From positions 62,001-126,000 of the forward strand of contig NOWV01000203.1 of assembly GCA_003344405.1 (NCBI GenBank): DNA of 64,000 nt, given 5' to 3'. The position numbers were made by a program, and so were the translations under genes. Shown one piece after another: positions 37,360 to 50,778 of this stretch (within the stretch, counting starts at the first letter, position 1; each line of letters begins with the position of its first letter). Source of the stretch: Trichoplax sp. H2 (lineage: Eukaryota). Below the pieces are notes generated by a model, which was not told the DNA's origin, did no database searches, and was given only the letters and a program-made list of their open reading frames with translations.

Positions 37360-40300
37360 CTACTGAGAAGGAGAACGAGCTTTTCGATGCCTTTCCAATG
37401 ACTTCACCCTATTCCATAGCTCAGGAGTTAATAAGGTTTGCCCAAAACTCAGGGTAAGTAGCCTATAACAGGTACATATAAGAACGTAAGTCAAGGTAAG
37501 GTTTATGATGAATGCATTGCCTACTGAAGTAATAACCTGGCCATGGTTAACATTAAGTGAAAGTCATCAGCTGTCATAGCTTTATCGTCCAGCTTCCTCG
37601 AATTCACAAAGTCTTCCTGAAGTGCCTGTAAAACATTCCTCATACAAGATTACAATCATTGTCTAAACATAGCATATAAGTAGCTGCCATTACCTGCTGC
37701 ATTTCATTCGTTACTGTGTAATTTAGAGATCGAGTGACAGCAAGATAGGTTCGAAAATCTTGAAGAAACGAAAATGGAATCTCACGAATTGGATTGCTTT
37801 CGGCTTTTGTGACAGAATTACGTTGTCGTATCGGGATTACGATATCACACTACATACAAGATAGTAATAGTTTTATATTATGAATGACATTGGTTAATTA
37901 CTAAATAGCAGATCCATTTCAACGAACATAGAGTTCCTTACCGGTAAAATCGATTTTCCCTCCGATAGAACCAAGACCGTCTTTAGCAACGAAAACGAGT
38001 ACATTATATATAAACCAGGACAAAACATACACATGCATGCGCTTATAATATTCAATCACTATCAAACAATCAAATAGCTCACCAAATCACAAAGAAATTC
38101 AGTTTGATGATAGCTGAAATCATAATCAACTTTTTGCCACCGGACGACATTACTTAGAGCTGTTAGGTTCTTTACTCCTAATGTTATTATACGAAAATTA
38201 GAGAAATTTGTAACTAAAAACTACGACAAGAATTTATATCTTACAGTAACCTACCATTGGGATCTAATTGTCCTGGCTCTAACACAGTTTCATCCAATAT
38301 TAAATGGGTTCCTTTAATATTTGCAAAGTTAATTAATATCAATTATTATAATTGCTACATAGGTACACAAACTTTAACGATGTTTTGCTGTTTTATGTTA
38401 CCAGCGGTTAACTGTAAGATGCCAGATTGTAATCGATTAGCATTGTAATCCTTTTTAGGGGAGAGTAGCAGTGAATTCATACCGGAAAGGGTCATTGATA
38501 AAAAGTAGCTCTAGAAAAATAATTGGTAACAAACAGTAAGTTGTAACCCTTATACAGCAACGGCTGGCATAGCAACATTATCTCTTATTAGCAAATGTAC
38601 GCACAGTACCAACCTTAGGCACTAATGCCTCAATAGATTCATATAATTGATGTGTAATAGTCCCTCCAACAGGACAACCAGCCAAATTAACGGAAAACTT
38701 GCCAACAGGAACAACATCGTGCCTGTAGTTACTAACAACAGATTTATGAATCAAATATTGAGTCAAGACACATACGAATTTAGTTAGACATCATTAAATT
38801 TCAAAGGATATAGTGACTCCGATATACTTACACTTTCGATAGTAGGTTTAGTAGCGTATATTCAGCTGCTAGTGCATCTCCACCAATACAATCCGTAAGT
38901 GTTGATATCAACTGAGATCGAATTAATTCTGGTTTTTCTAAAGTATTGTTGATACCTATAAGAAGAATGAAATTTTCGTATCAGCGCCTTTCGGTGAACG
39001 CGTACAAAAATAACTAAATTAGATCGAGATTGTGTATTACTTATTTCTGATGGACTATCGAATGGCAATATTGGATTTGAATGCGGTAAATGTCTGGCAA
39101 TAATACAATGCAGACGAGGGACTAATGATGGAGCTGGACAGTGTGCTGCAGTTTCCTCAGCACAATCCATATCGATTTCAGGATCGTAAATACCCGAGTC
39201 TCTATAATATTAATAGTTATGGCAATAGCTAGTTATTAACACTTGAAAATAATTTAGTTACAAACAAGTATTTCCTTAAAATTATTGGGGATAACTTAAT
39301 AGCAAATGGACTATAAAAAAACCTTGTTAACCTAGTATTGGATGGTGCTTTCAATGCCGGGTCTACGGATAATATTCCAAAAAACTCAATCATATCATTC
39401 ACTTTGATATTATCCGTATCTTCATAAATCTGTAACACCGTAAGATAAAAGTTGTACCTTACTAATATACTTTCGAAAGGATCCAATATAAACATTTACC
39501 TTGACTATACATGCAGGTCCATTTTCGTTTGGCAGAGGAAAATTTAAATTAGGGAGTATATTATTGGAACTGTTGTCTAATTTATAAAAGAACAAGAAAA
39601 TTATTTTTAATTTACTATAGTTTTATGTCATTGTGTCTTAGCCAACCTTGCTGGGTATTTACAGGCCGTTGCTTTTTCATGCCTAGAAGTCAATGTTATT
39701 AATTAATACATAGCTTTATAACTTATAAATAAATTATCCACAATAGTACCCGCCATATCGGAAGATTCGTCGTCATCACTTTCATCGAACCTTCTTTTGT
39801 TAGAAGTAAATGATGGTTCTGGTACATAGCGAGCATTTGGGCTTGGCACGGACGTAGTCATTCCAGCAAAGATTTGGTCTTGGTTAAGAAATTTGCAGAG
39901 ATTCGATAATTTCATGGTTATCGAGGTAAACTATATTCGCATGCATCATGTACATGAATAACATAGAAAACAGGAAACACGAAAAGTTACATTATTGATA
40001 TACAAAATAGGATATATCTTTTGCCCATTGATTTTCTCCAGGAATTGGAACGCAGTATAACACTTGTCGATCCAGCGTTACGCTACGATCAGATTGTAAA
40101 TTTATTGAAGAATTTTTCTAAAATTCAAGATGTAAGAATCATTCGATATTAAGCTATTATATTGTGATGTAAAATTATATCAATATAAGAAAATTATATA
40201 TACCGGACAGCGAGCAACATCGTAGTATTTTCCACATTTAAGAACCTATAATTGATTAAGTGAAGCAAATGATAAAATAAATAAAAATGCAATAACTATG

Positions 40301-41764
40301 CTACTAGAAATCACAATAAGAGAATTACGTGTATAAGATTTTAAAACTATATAAAAAATTATTTCAATAAGAGATATACGGCATTATCATTTGAAAGTTA
40401 TTAACGCGTTCAATAACATTGGTACGAGAAAACCCTACATAGCTGCGGATTCTTAAAATTATGAATAATGAAATATTGACCTTTGTATTAACTTCTTCGT
40501 TATGAACTTCGTAAACACCTAGGTAGAATTCTCGGTCAAACATATCTTGTACCATACATCTGTATTTTACTAATGAATTGGAAGGCAATCGATGAATAGG
40601 AGTATCATTGAGTGATGGAACCTGAAAGAAGAAATATACAAACGTTCCATTAGCAAGTCTGCACAAAAACAGGCTCAAATACTCTAGTACTGTATCAAGG
40701 CCATAAACTACGCAATGCAATACGTGGATTTTAAGCTGAACGTTCATAATCTAGCAAGAGTACCGTAATAAAATAAATCTAAGCCATCATTTTTAATTTC
40801 GAACTGTACTGCAAGCGTATCCACTTTATAGCAAGACCTACTTAGTCATAGCTATCCATTACTGGTAAATTACTATAATATATTACAAAATCATTTAATG
40901 TTCATGGCTATTCACCCTACAGTAAATCACGTTTAAAGGTCATGTCAATCATTACAGAAATCGAGTACAAAATAAAGTATATACCCATTTGACAGCTTCT
41001 GGACTACAGAGTAGATTACCAAAATGATCGATAATCTTAGATTGGCCATAATCAGTAGATCCATCGGTCAGACTTTTTTCTAGAATCAGAAGAGCAAGAC
41101 ATTGCTGTTACTTGTCAGCGGTGATGATCTATTCATCGATGGTACAAACATTGAGAATATGACCAGTCACGATCACTTTCAATAGCGAGTAGAATCAGTT
41201 AACATAAATGGTAAGCTAACGAATGAATACATAGATAGATAAAAAATACAGAGTATGCGTCCATAAAAAGCAATGCAAAGATTGTATCAATTCTAATTAT
41301 ATAATTATTGCATTCAACGAAATTGTACGATAAATTTTATACAGTTTTATCTAAAGGAAAATTACTACCGCGCAGATTCTAATCATTGGCTAACTTTAAC
41401 CGCATTGAAGTTACAGTTACAAGAACAGCTTTGTTGTATTTTAAGAGGCTTCATTATAGAAATCAAATATCGAATTTAAGCCACAGCATATGCTAATTAG
41501 AGTATTATCAGTTAGTCGCATTGGTTCAACCATTTCAACCTCTCTATGTAACCCATTATCGACTTTAATTTAGTTTGAACAAAATAGATTCAATCGTTGT
41601 ACAGTATGAGGATATCAATTAGTGTCATTTGTACTAGCTGCATTGTAGAGCATTATTTCGGTCTTGCATCAATCAGGATGTCAAAAGTAACACTTACCAA
41701 AAATGGATTCGATGATGGAAAATGGTTGTTTGACCCAATCAGCAGATTCACCAAAAACAGGCAT
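37360..41764 (-). CDS. MCMBP: Mini-chromosome maintenance complex-binding protein, multi-exon
   Basis: [20 protein letters not shown]...[68 protein letters not shown] and [11 protein letters not shown]. Confidence 0.93.
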
Positions 41765-42359
41765 GTTGAAATTTTCGATTGAATATATATATATTGACGT
41801 TGTAGTCAGGCAAGGCGAGAGTAATTTCTTGATAATAGTATTTACAGTTGACTAAGGATATATTGATTTGAATGAAGAATCGTGAGAGGAATAATTATTA
41901 ATGGCAATATGATGATAAGATTTAGAACAGTTTAGCGAGATCAAATACTAGATAAAACCTTGATAAAAGTAATGTAATCATCAAACGATCAACTAATGAC
42001 TATTGTATGGTATCATTTTTGCCTATCCATGCTAGAACGGCCAATAACGATGCAACATGCAAACCGACAACATCTAGACTAATCCATTCTCCTACATCGT
42101 CATCGATTCATCACTCTACTATAGCAATCTTATCCAGACTGTAGCAGTTGACATACCCTAGCAGATCTCTATCACGACAGTTGGCTTGAAGGCTAACGTG
42201 GCGACTTGGATCAATTGCCAATTGGTAGTGGTCTTGCAGAATGGGATCAGTAGCTCCAAATTGGTTACCATAGAGCACACAAGTCAAGGGATAGCCAACT
42301 AATCGTGATGGAGTAGAAAGTACTGCCTGATGGCTGGCTAGCGTTCTAAATGATGCGGT

Positions 42360-42515
42360 CAAGTTTGGCGGGAAATGGAGAGTAACAATGGCCATTCAAA
42401 TCACGTGATCGATTCTTCCACTTGTGTGTGGCTAGGATTTGCTTCAGTCGAGCGCAGACAAAGACTTTTGGCGCGAGGCATTGGACAGAGTGATGGAAAG
42501 CCCTACCAATGAAAG
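42360..42515. promoter_or_regulatory. Probable MCMBP promoter with two E2F sites, an E-box and CCAAT boxes
   Basis: TTTGGCGGGAAA at 42364-42375, TTTTGGCGCG at 42466-42475, CACGTG near 42402, ATTGG at 42480 and CCAAT near 42506. Confidence 0.55.
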
Positions 42516-44846
42516 CATGGTTGATCTATGGCTAAAATTAGTATATCTAGAGCGACTATAAATGCTATCATCAATTTCTGCTATTAACTGTCTGCTAAAT
42601 CAACAACCACCATTTCCTCTTCGAATTTAATGAAGAAGGAAATTAAAATTTATGAATCGTTTCTTGTATACAGTAGTACAGTAGTAGAGTAGCTGTTGCA
42701 GTACCGTAGACTATAGTTACTATAGAGATGTTCGAGGCAACTTTCATGGCGATACGTACATGCCGTACAGACAGACAATATCGCATTCCACTTTCTCATC
42801 TGCAGTCCTGCCGTCTGGTCAACCACTGCATGGCCGCCAGCATTTGCTGATTTCATTTTGAGGGAAATTATTATTACTGCGACTTAAGTACTTATTCTAT
42901 TTATTTGCATCTCTCTATCCAATATAGAACTTCAAATGATATAGTTTTCATCTTTAGAATTTTGCAATTATGGGGATATAACTTGTTAAAAGTAACTAAA
43001 TGGCAACAATATACAGTACAATAAATAATAGAAATACTGTAATGTACACTGCACAGTAGTAGTTATTATTAAAATAATTGCATGCAGTACTAGAGTGGCC
43101 TCAAGATGATCGAGAATAATTCTGTTAAACTGACTAAATCAATCTCTTGCTGCATATATGTGAGCTTTTATGGACACGAAAAGAGTTGAAGCAAGTTATC
43201 GATAAAAAAAGAATAGCTTAATGGATGATTAGTTTCAGCCCTTTGAAGATGATATCATTCCTTCACTTACCAATGTCTACTTAATGTAATGGGGTGGTAT
43301 AGTATCGTCAATGCCTTAATTTCAACGATGCTCATTCTTATTTCTAGAAAAACCCTATGGCCTATTGACTGAATTTACTCTTCTTTGCCCAATCTAATCG
43401 AATCGATTCAGAGAACGCAATAAGTCGATTTCATCTAGATTTACTTTCTCTTTGCCTAAATTGGAGAGTAGGGAAACTTCTTTACGGTATACGTACATGA
43501 TTATATATGACTGCATAGTTCGTAGAATTACTTTAGCATCGCACTAGAGTAAATCAAGTGTTGCATAGCGAATGGGCGATAGATGTCGACATTTTTCATC
43601 TGCAATATCACAATGACAGTTTATTATCCACTCTGAATCAGAGAACATTAGTCATTGGTATATAACACAAATTTACACACCAATACCAATATCACCATGA
43701 ACAATCCGAGATACTCATTGATATATATGTTACGGCCATTCCTAAGACTGACTTTGTCCTTAAGATTAATCTTTAGGATAAAATCAGTCTTAGAAATAGC
43801 CGTAGCATACTGTATATAGTGAAAGAAAAAATAAGGATATGTTTCATGATTGAAGATAGACAGTATAGAAGTTTTTCTTGGTCGATAGTTTGATTTAATG
43901 GAGTGCAGCAGTAGATGACCAACATCAAAATTATCGACAGCACTAATTCACACATAAAGTCGGTATAGTAAAAGTAGAAGCAATATTCTTATCAAGGTAG
44001 TACAAGGACAGTGTCCTATTTATTCTTGGTGGATAGTTTAAATGAATGGAGTGTAATCGTCGACGAATAATCTCGAAATCTGCTCTGGAAGCAGAAGTAA
44101 TATTGCGTATCAAGATAGAACATGGATTAAGTGTAGTATTCCTTAATCAATAGTTGGAATAAATATGGCGTAGTCGGGTATGACTAACATGAAAAATCTA
44201 TCATGGAATAGGAGTAGTACCGATTGAAAGATGTATATTATGTCATATTGGTAGTCATGGATAGGTTTGCGCTTTCTCAAGTTGATGCAGATAATTTAGG
44301 ATCTGTTTCAACTTGAGAAAACTCGACCACTGTGAGGTCGCAAGCCTTCATTTTGATAGATATTTTCCTCTCATTAAATTACTGTAAACGTAAGATTGAT
44401 TTGTACCAATGGAATGGGAAGAATGCTTTCGAAATGATTGTCATTGCATATATTAATGGTATACGTATATTTTACCCAAATTAGGCTTATGGATTCTTGA
44501 TTGACCGTTATAGCATCTGTCGCAAGATTTCAAGCAAAGCAAATGAGCTTAATTAACTATCATCCATGCATTGCAGCGATGATATTTCTATTTTGCCATG
44601 CTAAATCACTGTTGTTTGCGTTTAGCCTGCTGTTACAACAGCAGTGAAGACATGGATAAATTTGTCTATCTTATCGTGATTGCCTTGGATATGACATATA
44701 TAGTCGTTAATTGGATAATCTGACGTTAGTACTGTATTGCTATCGAGATTGGCTAGTGACCGAGTAAATTATTCGGCCAAAAGTATTTATACGTCATCAT
44801 TTCTCTCTATCCAATTCATTTAGGGTCAAAGTTTACTTTATCCACC

Positions 44847-47800
44847 ATGGCTTTCAAGCGCATTTCTTGGTCAGTTGTCATCACCTTGATATTAGGAACT
44901 TGGTTAAAAATTGGTGCGGCAGAAACGGAACCCATTGATAGTAAATTCATTGATGGCATGATTGAAAGTTTGCAAGATGCTCTTGCTTACTATAAGCGAG
45001 ATCTTCCTGATCTAATTGTCGATACTGCCTTTTGCCTATTTCATACCAAAGGTAATTGACAGTTTTACTTCACTAAAGTAGTCCAAGATGGATCAATTTA
45101 ATGACATACCAACAACTGTAGTGAGAAAGAACATTTTTTTCAGCTGTTATTAATTCTTATGGTAGAAATATAATATTTTCCTTAGCTAATGACTTGATCC
45201 TTCAATCATATTTGTTGGTCATTTCGACTTTCTGTTCAGTTTATTTTGATCCCTTGATCCATGATCATCTCATATCTTATTTATTTATTTTTTCTCATTC
45301 CATTGGAGATCAATTATAATTATGAATCTCGATCGATAAATATATCTACTGCCTTTCTTATTACTTGAAATTGTTTTCTATTTTTTTTGGACAATGAAAC
45401 AGAAATGTTAAATGAAAGGATTGCCCATCAGCTATAGTGTATTTCATGGAAAAATTTAGAAATCCCCTTCATTAACTCATCATTGTTGCACTTTTCATAG
45501 CATATACTGTAAAATAACATTCGTCTGCAAATGGTAATATTGATTTAGATATTTTTTTGCAAACAGAGATATTACAGGCGACATTGGATGAAAGTGCTGC
45601 TGGCGAAACTATTTTAAACGACGATCAAGTAGAAAATATACGTGATGCCTTATTTGACACCGACGAAGTTTTACAAGTAACCATTCCCAACATGAACTAT
45701 AGTACAGAAGATATAACTCATTATGCTAAGTTATATTCGATGCCTATGGCAATACCACAAAATATCTACTACCTCAATGGCACTTCCAAAGCGTCATTGA
45801 ATCATTCACATTCTACCGATAATATATCCGATCAATGTGTATGGGAGCTAATAGGCAGTTGGCCTACGTTAGATTCCAATCCTTGCCAAATCTCAGGTAA
45901 AGTAAAATGGACTTGCAGAAACGCTTCGCAATACAGACTAGATGTCTCCGGCATTACTATAATTTTAATTTCAAATACGGCTTTTACTCTAAAGTTAGTG
46001 TACCATTATCGTATAGTATAGAAGATATATAAAAGAGAACGTTATTCTATTCGAATATTTAACCTGTACATTAAAATATTAGGGAGACCGACAGCGACGC
46101 AGTGGGATTATACGCTAGAATAATTTAATTTGAAAAAATGTTGATAATATCACACAGCAGTACGTATTAATCCTGTTGTGCACCGCCGGGTTATGACCAT
46201 ATTAAGTCGAAATTTCTTATCAAAGCTAGAAAAACACTTCTAGGAGATTAACATACCGTAAATACAGTTATTTGCTAACAGTGGAGAGTCATTGTAATAA
46301 AATTGAGAAATAGTATAGTCATTGACCGAAGAAATAACCGCCATATAATAGGTTTTACGCTATTTTCTAGTCTTGAACCATTAGGAAAGGTATCGGAGTA
46401 AATATTCATAATGGTATTCGAAGTAATTTATTATTATTTAAAGTCAGTCTCCTGGGAAATAATATTGTCGTTAGTGAGTTTAATTTGCAATGGAAAAATT
46501 ATAATGAAAGAAATGCTTTTTCGATATTCATTCATGATTATTTCCATCTCGTTATATCACAATATTTGGCTGATAGATAATTGTTGGCGATTTGTAACCC
46601 ACTTAAGCGGCAAGCCATTTTTGATCAATCATCAACTCTTAGCACTTGCAGTAGCTCGCCAGTTTAATTGTCAATCATCATTACAGAAGAAATTTGTTCA
46701 ATTTGGTGGTCTACGAGGTTTACAAAATATGTTGTGTAGTCATGTGCATCGTACAATGCTTCAAATCTTGAAATCGGGTTTCAATCATCATGTGGAGAAA
46801 GATTTATTCTTAGAACAAATTTATGTATGTGGAACACTACATGGTTTCGTTGAATTTTTCCGATTGGAATATATCAAGACCATTATGAGCTGGCAGTTGG
46901 AAAGTGGTTGCTTTACATCTAATCATAGTGACAAAGATGTAACAGATCTCAGGTATGAAGAGACTCATCTACCGTTGTAGTCCTACGCTACCAACTTCAT
47001 GTTGCCATAGGCAATATACTCAATCGAGCATCGTGTACGATGCACAGTCATTCTATGCGATACCCAATTTGCTATGCAAACTATCGAATCGTGAATATTT
47101 TGGCATCGTATACGCTGTGCTGTTAAAATACTTATGAACTATTGCAATTAAAGATACTAACCTATTCGATACGTACATAATTCAAAAGTAACATAAATAG
47201 ACGCAGTTATTGGATATCTACACCTATATATATGTGTTTTTGCGTCATAATTTATATTTCTACATACATGATATATGTTATATGCATCTTTACATGGCTC
47301 AATGAAGTCATTTCAATACTTTATATCTTATAATATATCTGGAAGATCAATATAATGTTCTACCAATGATTTGGGTGAAAATTGAAATAGCTTTGTGATT
47401 CTTAAATTGTTTACCAGTAGAGATCAAAATAGTACTGCTATGATAATAATGCTTATTTAAGTTGTAATAAGTACATGATGATAAAGCTTTAGCCAGCTCG
47501 TTGTATATCACTTTGATACGAATTTTTAATTATTCTCGGTAGCTCGATAAGTGAATTTATCGTATTTACAAGATTAATTTAGTTTCTACATAATTTTTTT
47601 ATTTACAGCAATCCACAGACAGAAGTGAGCATTCTATTGGAAAATCGTCCAGAAACAAAGTTACCGGGTGAATTGAGCAACAGTACTTTGGTTAACACAT
47701 AATCGATTAGAAAGTTAATTAGGACTGGCATATGCTGTGCATTTACAATTCTTTTTATGATTGCCTTACTGTGAATTTGCTGCTTTTATATTCGATTTTA

Positions 47801-48134
47801 ACCATATCTAAGATTTTTTGTTTTATACTACTAATATTTAAATTTTAATATTATTCTAGATGGTTGTTACCAACATATGTCCGCTTTAGCGACAAGCAAT
47901 ATTGCGGCCTACATTAGATGGTCATCGTCGAAATCTCGTCGCGAAGTAAAAACTACACCTACTCCTCACCCTGAATCTAAGTCTTTACCTTTTAGTGTAA
48001 TGATCGCAATCATTAGCGTTGGAGCAGTTATAGCTTGTATCTTAGTAATTGGAATCGGCTACTATGCATATCTAAAGAGTCCAGGGCGAAGTGGTTACTT
48101 AAGGATAAAATTAGAAGATGATAAAATGAAATAA
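44847..48134 (+). CDS. UPF0764/C16orf89-like protein with signal peptide and C-terminal TM (exons approx. 44847-45051, 45569-45897, 46577-46952, 47610-47667, 47861-48134)
   Basis: Signal peptide MAFKRISWSVVITLILGTW. Family-like motifs SDQC, HQLL, DLFLEQIYVCG...GFVEF...IMSWQLESGCF and GCYQHMSALA. TM segment VMIAIISVGAVIACILVIGIGYY. Confidence 0.72.
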
Positions 48135-50778
48135 ATGCATATTAGAATAAAAATTATTTTCAATCTGATATACTAAATTTACACGCGTATAGCTAACACT
48201 GTGTTGTATTTTAAGGTTTAAAATGATCTAAAGTTGATATGTTGATATTTTTTTAATACAGAATTTCGTTGCATAAAATCAATAAACGAAGTCTGTATTA
48301 AGAATGTCAAGAAAATGCTACATTTAATATTTAAACCCACGTTTGCTAACTGTAAATAGTTTTAATGCGAGTAGGTATTTAGGTTCATCGCTTCCTGAAT
48401 TAGTGATCAACTTACCTACTAATACTTAATTTGAAAGCATTTTCTAAGTCTTTTAATTGTTATCTTAACATGTAAAAGTATTCATTTAGCCATTTATTAC
48501 AAGATTAATTAGCTTGGGTCCTTTTATCCCCAGGTATTTAGTAATTAAGTAATTCTTTATAGCCAGAAGACGTGACAGATGAATCTTCATCACCATTCTT
48601 CTCCTTTAGCCCATGACCTTTGCCACGTCGACATCGTAGTACAATTGCTTCAAATCGACTAGTATTCCAAGTGTACAGAGGATCATATGAAAGTACTTTC
48701 AAACATCTTCAACTGCAGTTACTATTTCATATTGTTAATTTCATGCCACTAATAATAACAGAAATTGCTTCAATTATCGGTTTAGGAAGCGTTTCAGTTA
48801 ATTAATAAAGAAGTAAAACTATTATGATCAGGTGCCGAATTTTAGTCATTGCATAGATTATAATTAGTAATATGAGCTAATTTTCTAAAACATGAATCTA
48901 TTAACTTGCGAATTTTATATGCTCATTGGGTGAAGTTAGCGAAAGCTCCTATTTTCTTAAATGTGTTACAGTTCTCCTCTCATTATTTGATTTAATTAAA
49001 ATCGGCGTATCGAAATGTTTTACGTTGATATTATGGACAGCATTTATACCTCAGAATTGATTACCATTAAAAAATCAGCATGATCAAGCCGAAACTTTTT
49101 AGCTGCTTTACTCCATGATTGGACATATGAAATAATACTGTATATACGTATCACGTACGGTGTAATAAATTTGAGCTCGATAGCGAACATCAAAAGCACA
49201 AACAAGAGAGCTTTTTCGATTAAAAAAATTTAATATTTTTTATTCTACAACTTTAGGAGAATTAGAAATAGGAATTCATGTTCACTTACATTGTTATTCA
49301 CTAGTGAATATCATAAATTTCATACAATAAGATAAGCTGAATGTAACTATTTTAGCTGAAAAAAAAATGGAATTTAATCTTTATGATACTTGCTAGGATG
49401 AAATTATTAGACTAATGTTCATGGAAAAAATTCTACGCCTGGTCAAGATATATATCTTATATTAGAATAACGTAAAATTTTATTAATGTGTACATGTCAC
49501 ATCATAGACCACTACGTATTTTTGAGTAGCCCATGATTACATTTATTCTTCAGTAATTATATTTTAATTGTAAAATTATTCGATTACAGCTTTTTTTTTC
49601 CGGTAAAACATACCTGTCCTCGAGCTCAAACATTTGTAAGAGAAATGCATTTTAAAATTTCAGGTGTATATCAGAACTAAAAGTATTAGCTTAGAGTGAA
49701 AAACTCCGACATAATCGATATGTTGTTGTGAAGTAAATAGATTTCTATAAATTATATGATGAGTCAATCTTACAATTCAATTGTGAGTAAATGATAAAGC
49801 ATAAAGTAAAATAAATGATACAAGTATAGTATAGTGTACGAAGTATAGCGAAGAAGGTATCTACCTCTTATATGAATAAAAGAGGTACGGTAACTAATAC
49901 ACAAATCAATTGGAAAGAAAATAGTTGCAAGAATAGCGATAGCAATCTTGCAGTAGATCAGGCAATTTACTAGAAACACTTTGACCCTTTAATAAGGGCT
50001 TTATTTAAAGTTAAGAAATTGTTTCAGAACCACTCTAAACTTAAGAGTGGGCAAGAAAAGAGTAATTAAAGACTGAAATTCATCTTCGATACTTATGAAC
50101 TTTCTAAGATATATTGCTAATCTTATTCAATTTTTAAGTTATAATTATTCAAGTTCTAATCGTATTTTAGCCCTGCCAATCTGGATATTTATCAAAAGAC
50201 TGCGATAAATATCCAGGAATTGGATAACTTTACAACATCTCCTTAAATAATGAGAATTTATAACGTGATCGACTTAAATTATTAGCTTACGAAAGAATAT
50301 GAACTATCAATCACTAGTTATTACCGGAAGTGATCCTAATGAGAAACAAAATTTAATGACAAATTATGTGTTATCTAGCAGTTTTACTTAGTTTCTGGAT
50401 TAAGTAGCAGTAATATTAGTCTGCATGTTATTCAGGAAAATATAGTAAATGACTCTGTATGAGGATTCCACAATCAAGCTGTAATTGGCATTGCTAAACT
50501 AAAAGTAAAAATTATCAAATAAAGAAACAAGGAAGCTAGGATCTTGCTTTCTTTGACTAGTCAATATTTAAAAGCTGTTGTTAGAGAACGCTTTAAATTG
50601 TAGCCTATAAGTGCACTACGAAGTCGGGTAGTTGCTTATTTACAAGAGCCGGCAGTTATAGATAAATTTCGAAATTTTTTTTCTAATTTCATCTCAGTTT
50701 TTAGAGCAATACAAAAAGTAACTTAGCACTAATAGAAAATTTTTTGACGCATTTTCCGACTATCAATTTAGCAGCAAA

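Noticed and set aside
38801..38811. ATATCCTTT (perfect U12 donor) on the minus strand in MCMBP
   Set aside because: It lies inside a normal GT-AG intron (donor at 38831). Reading through to it meets an in-frame stop, and the GT-AG splice gives a sensible SKV-NYR-HDVV.
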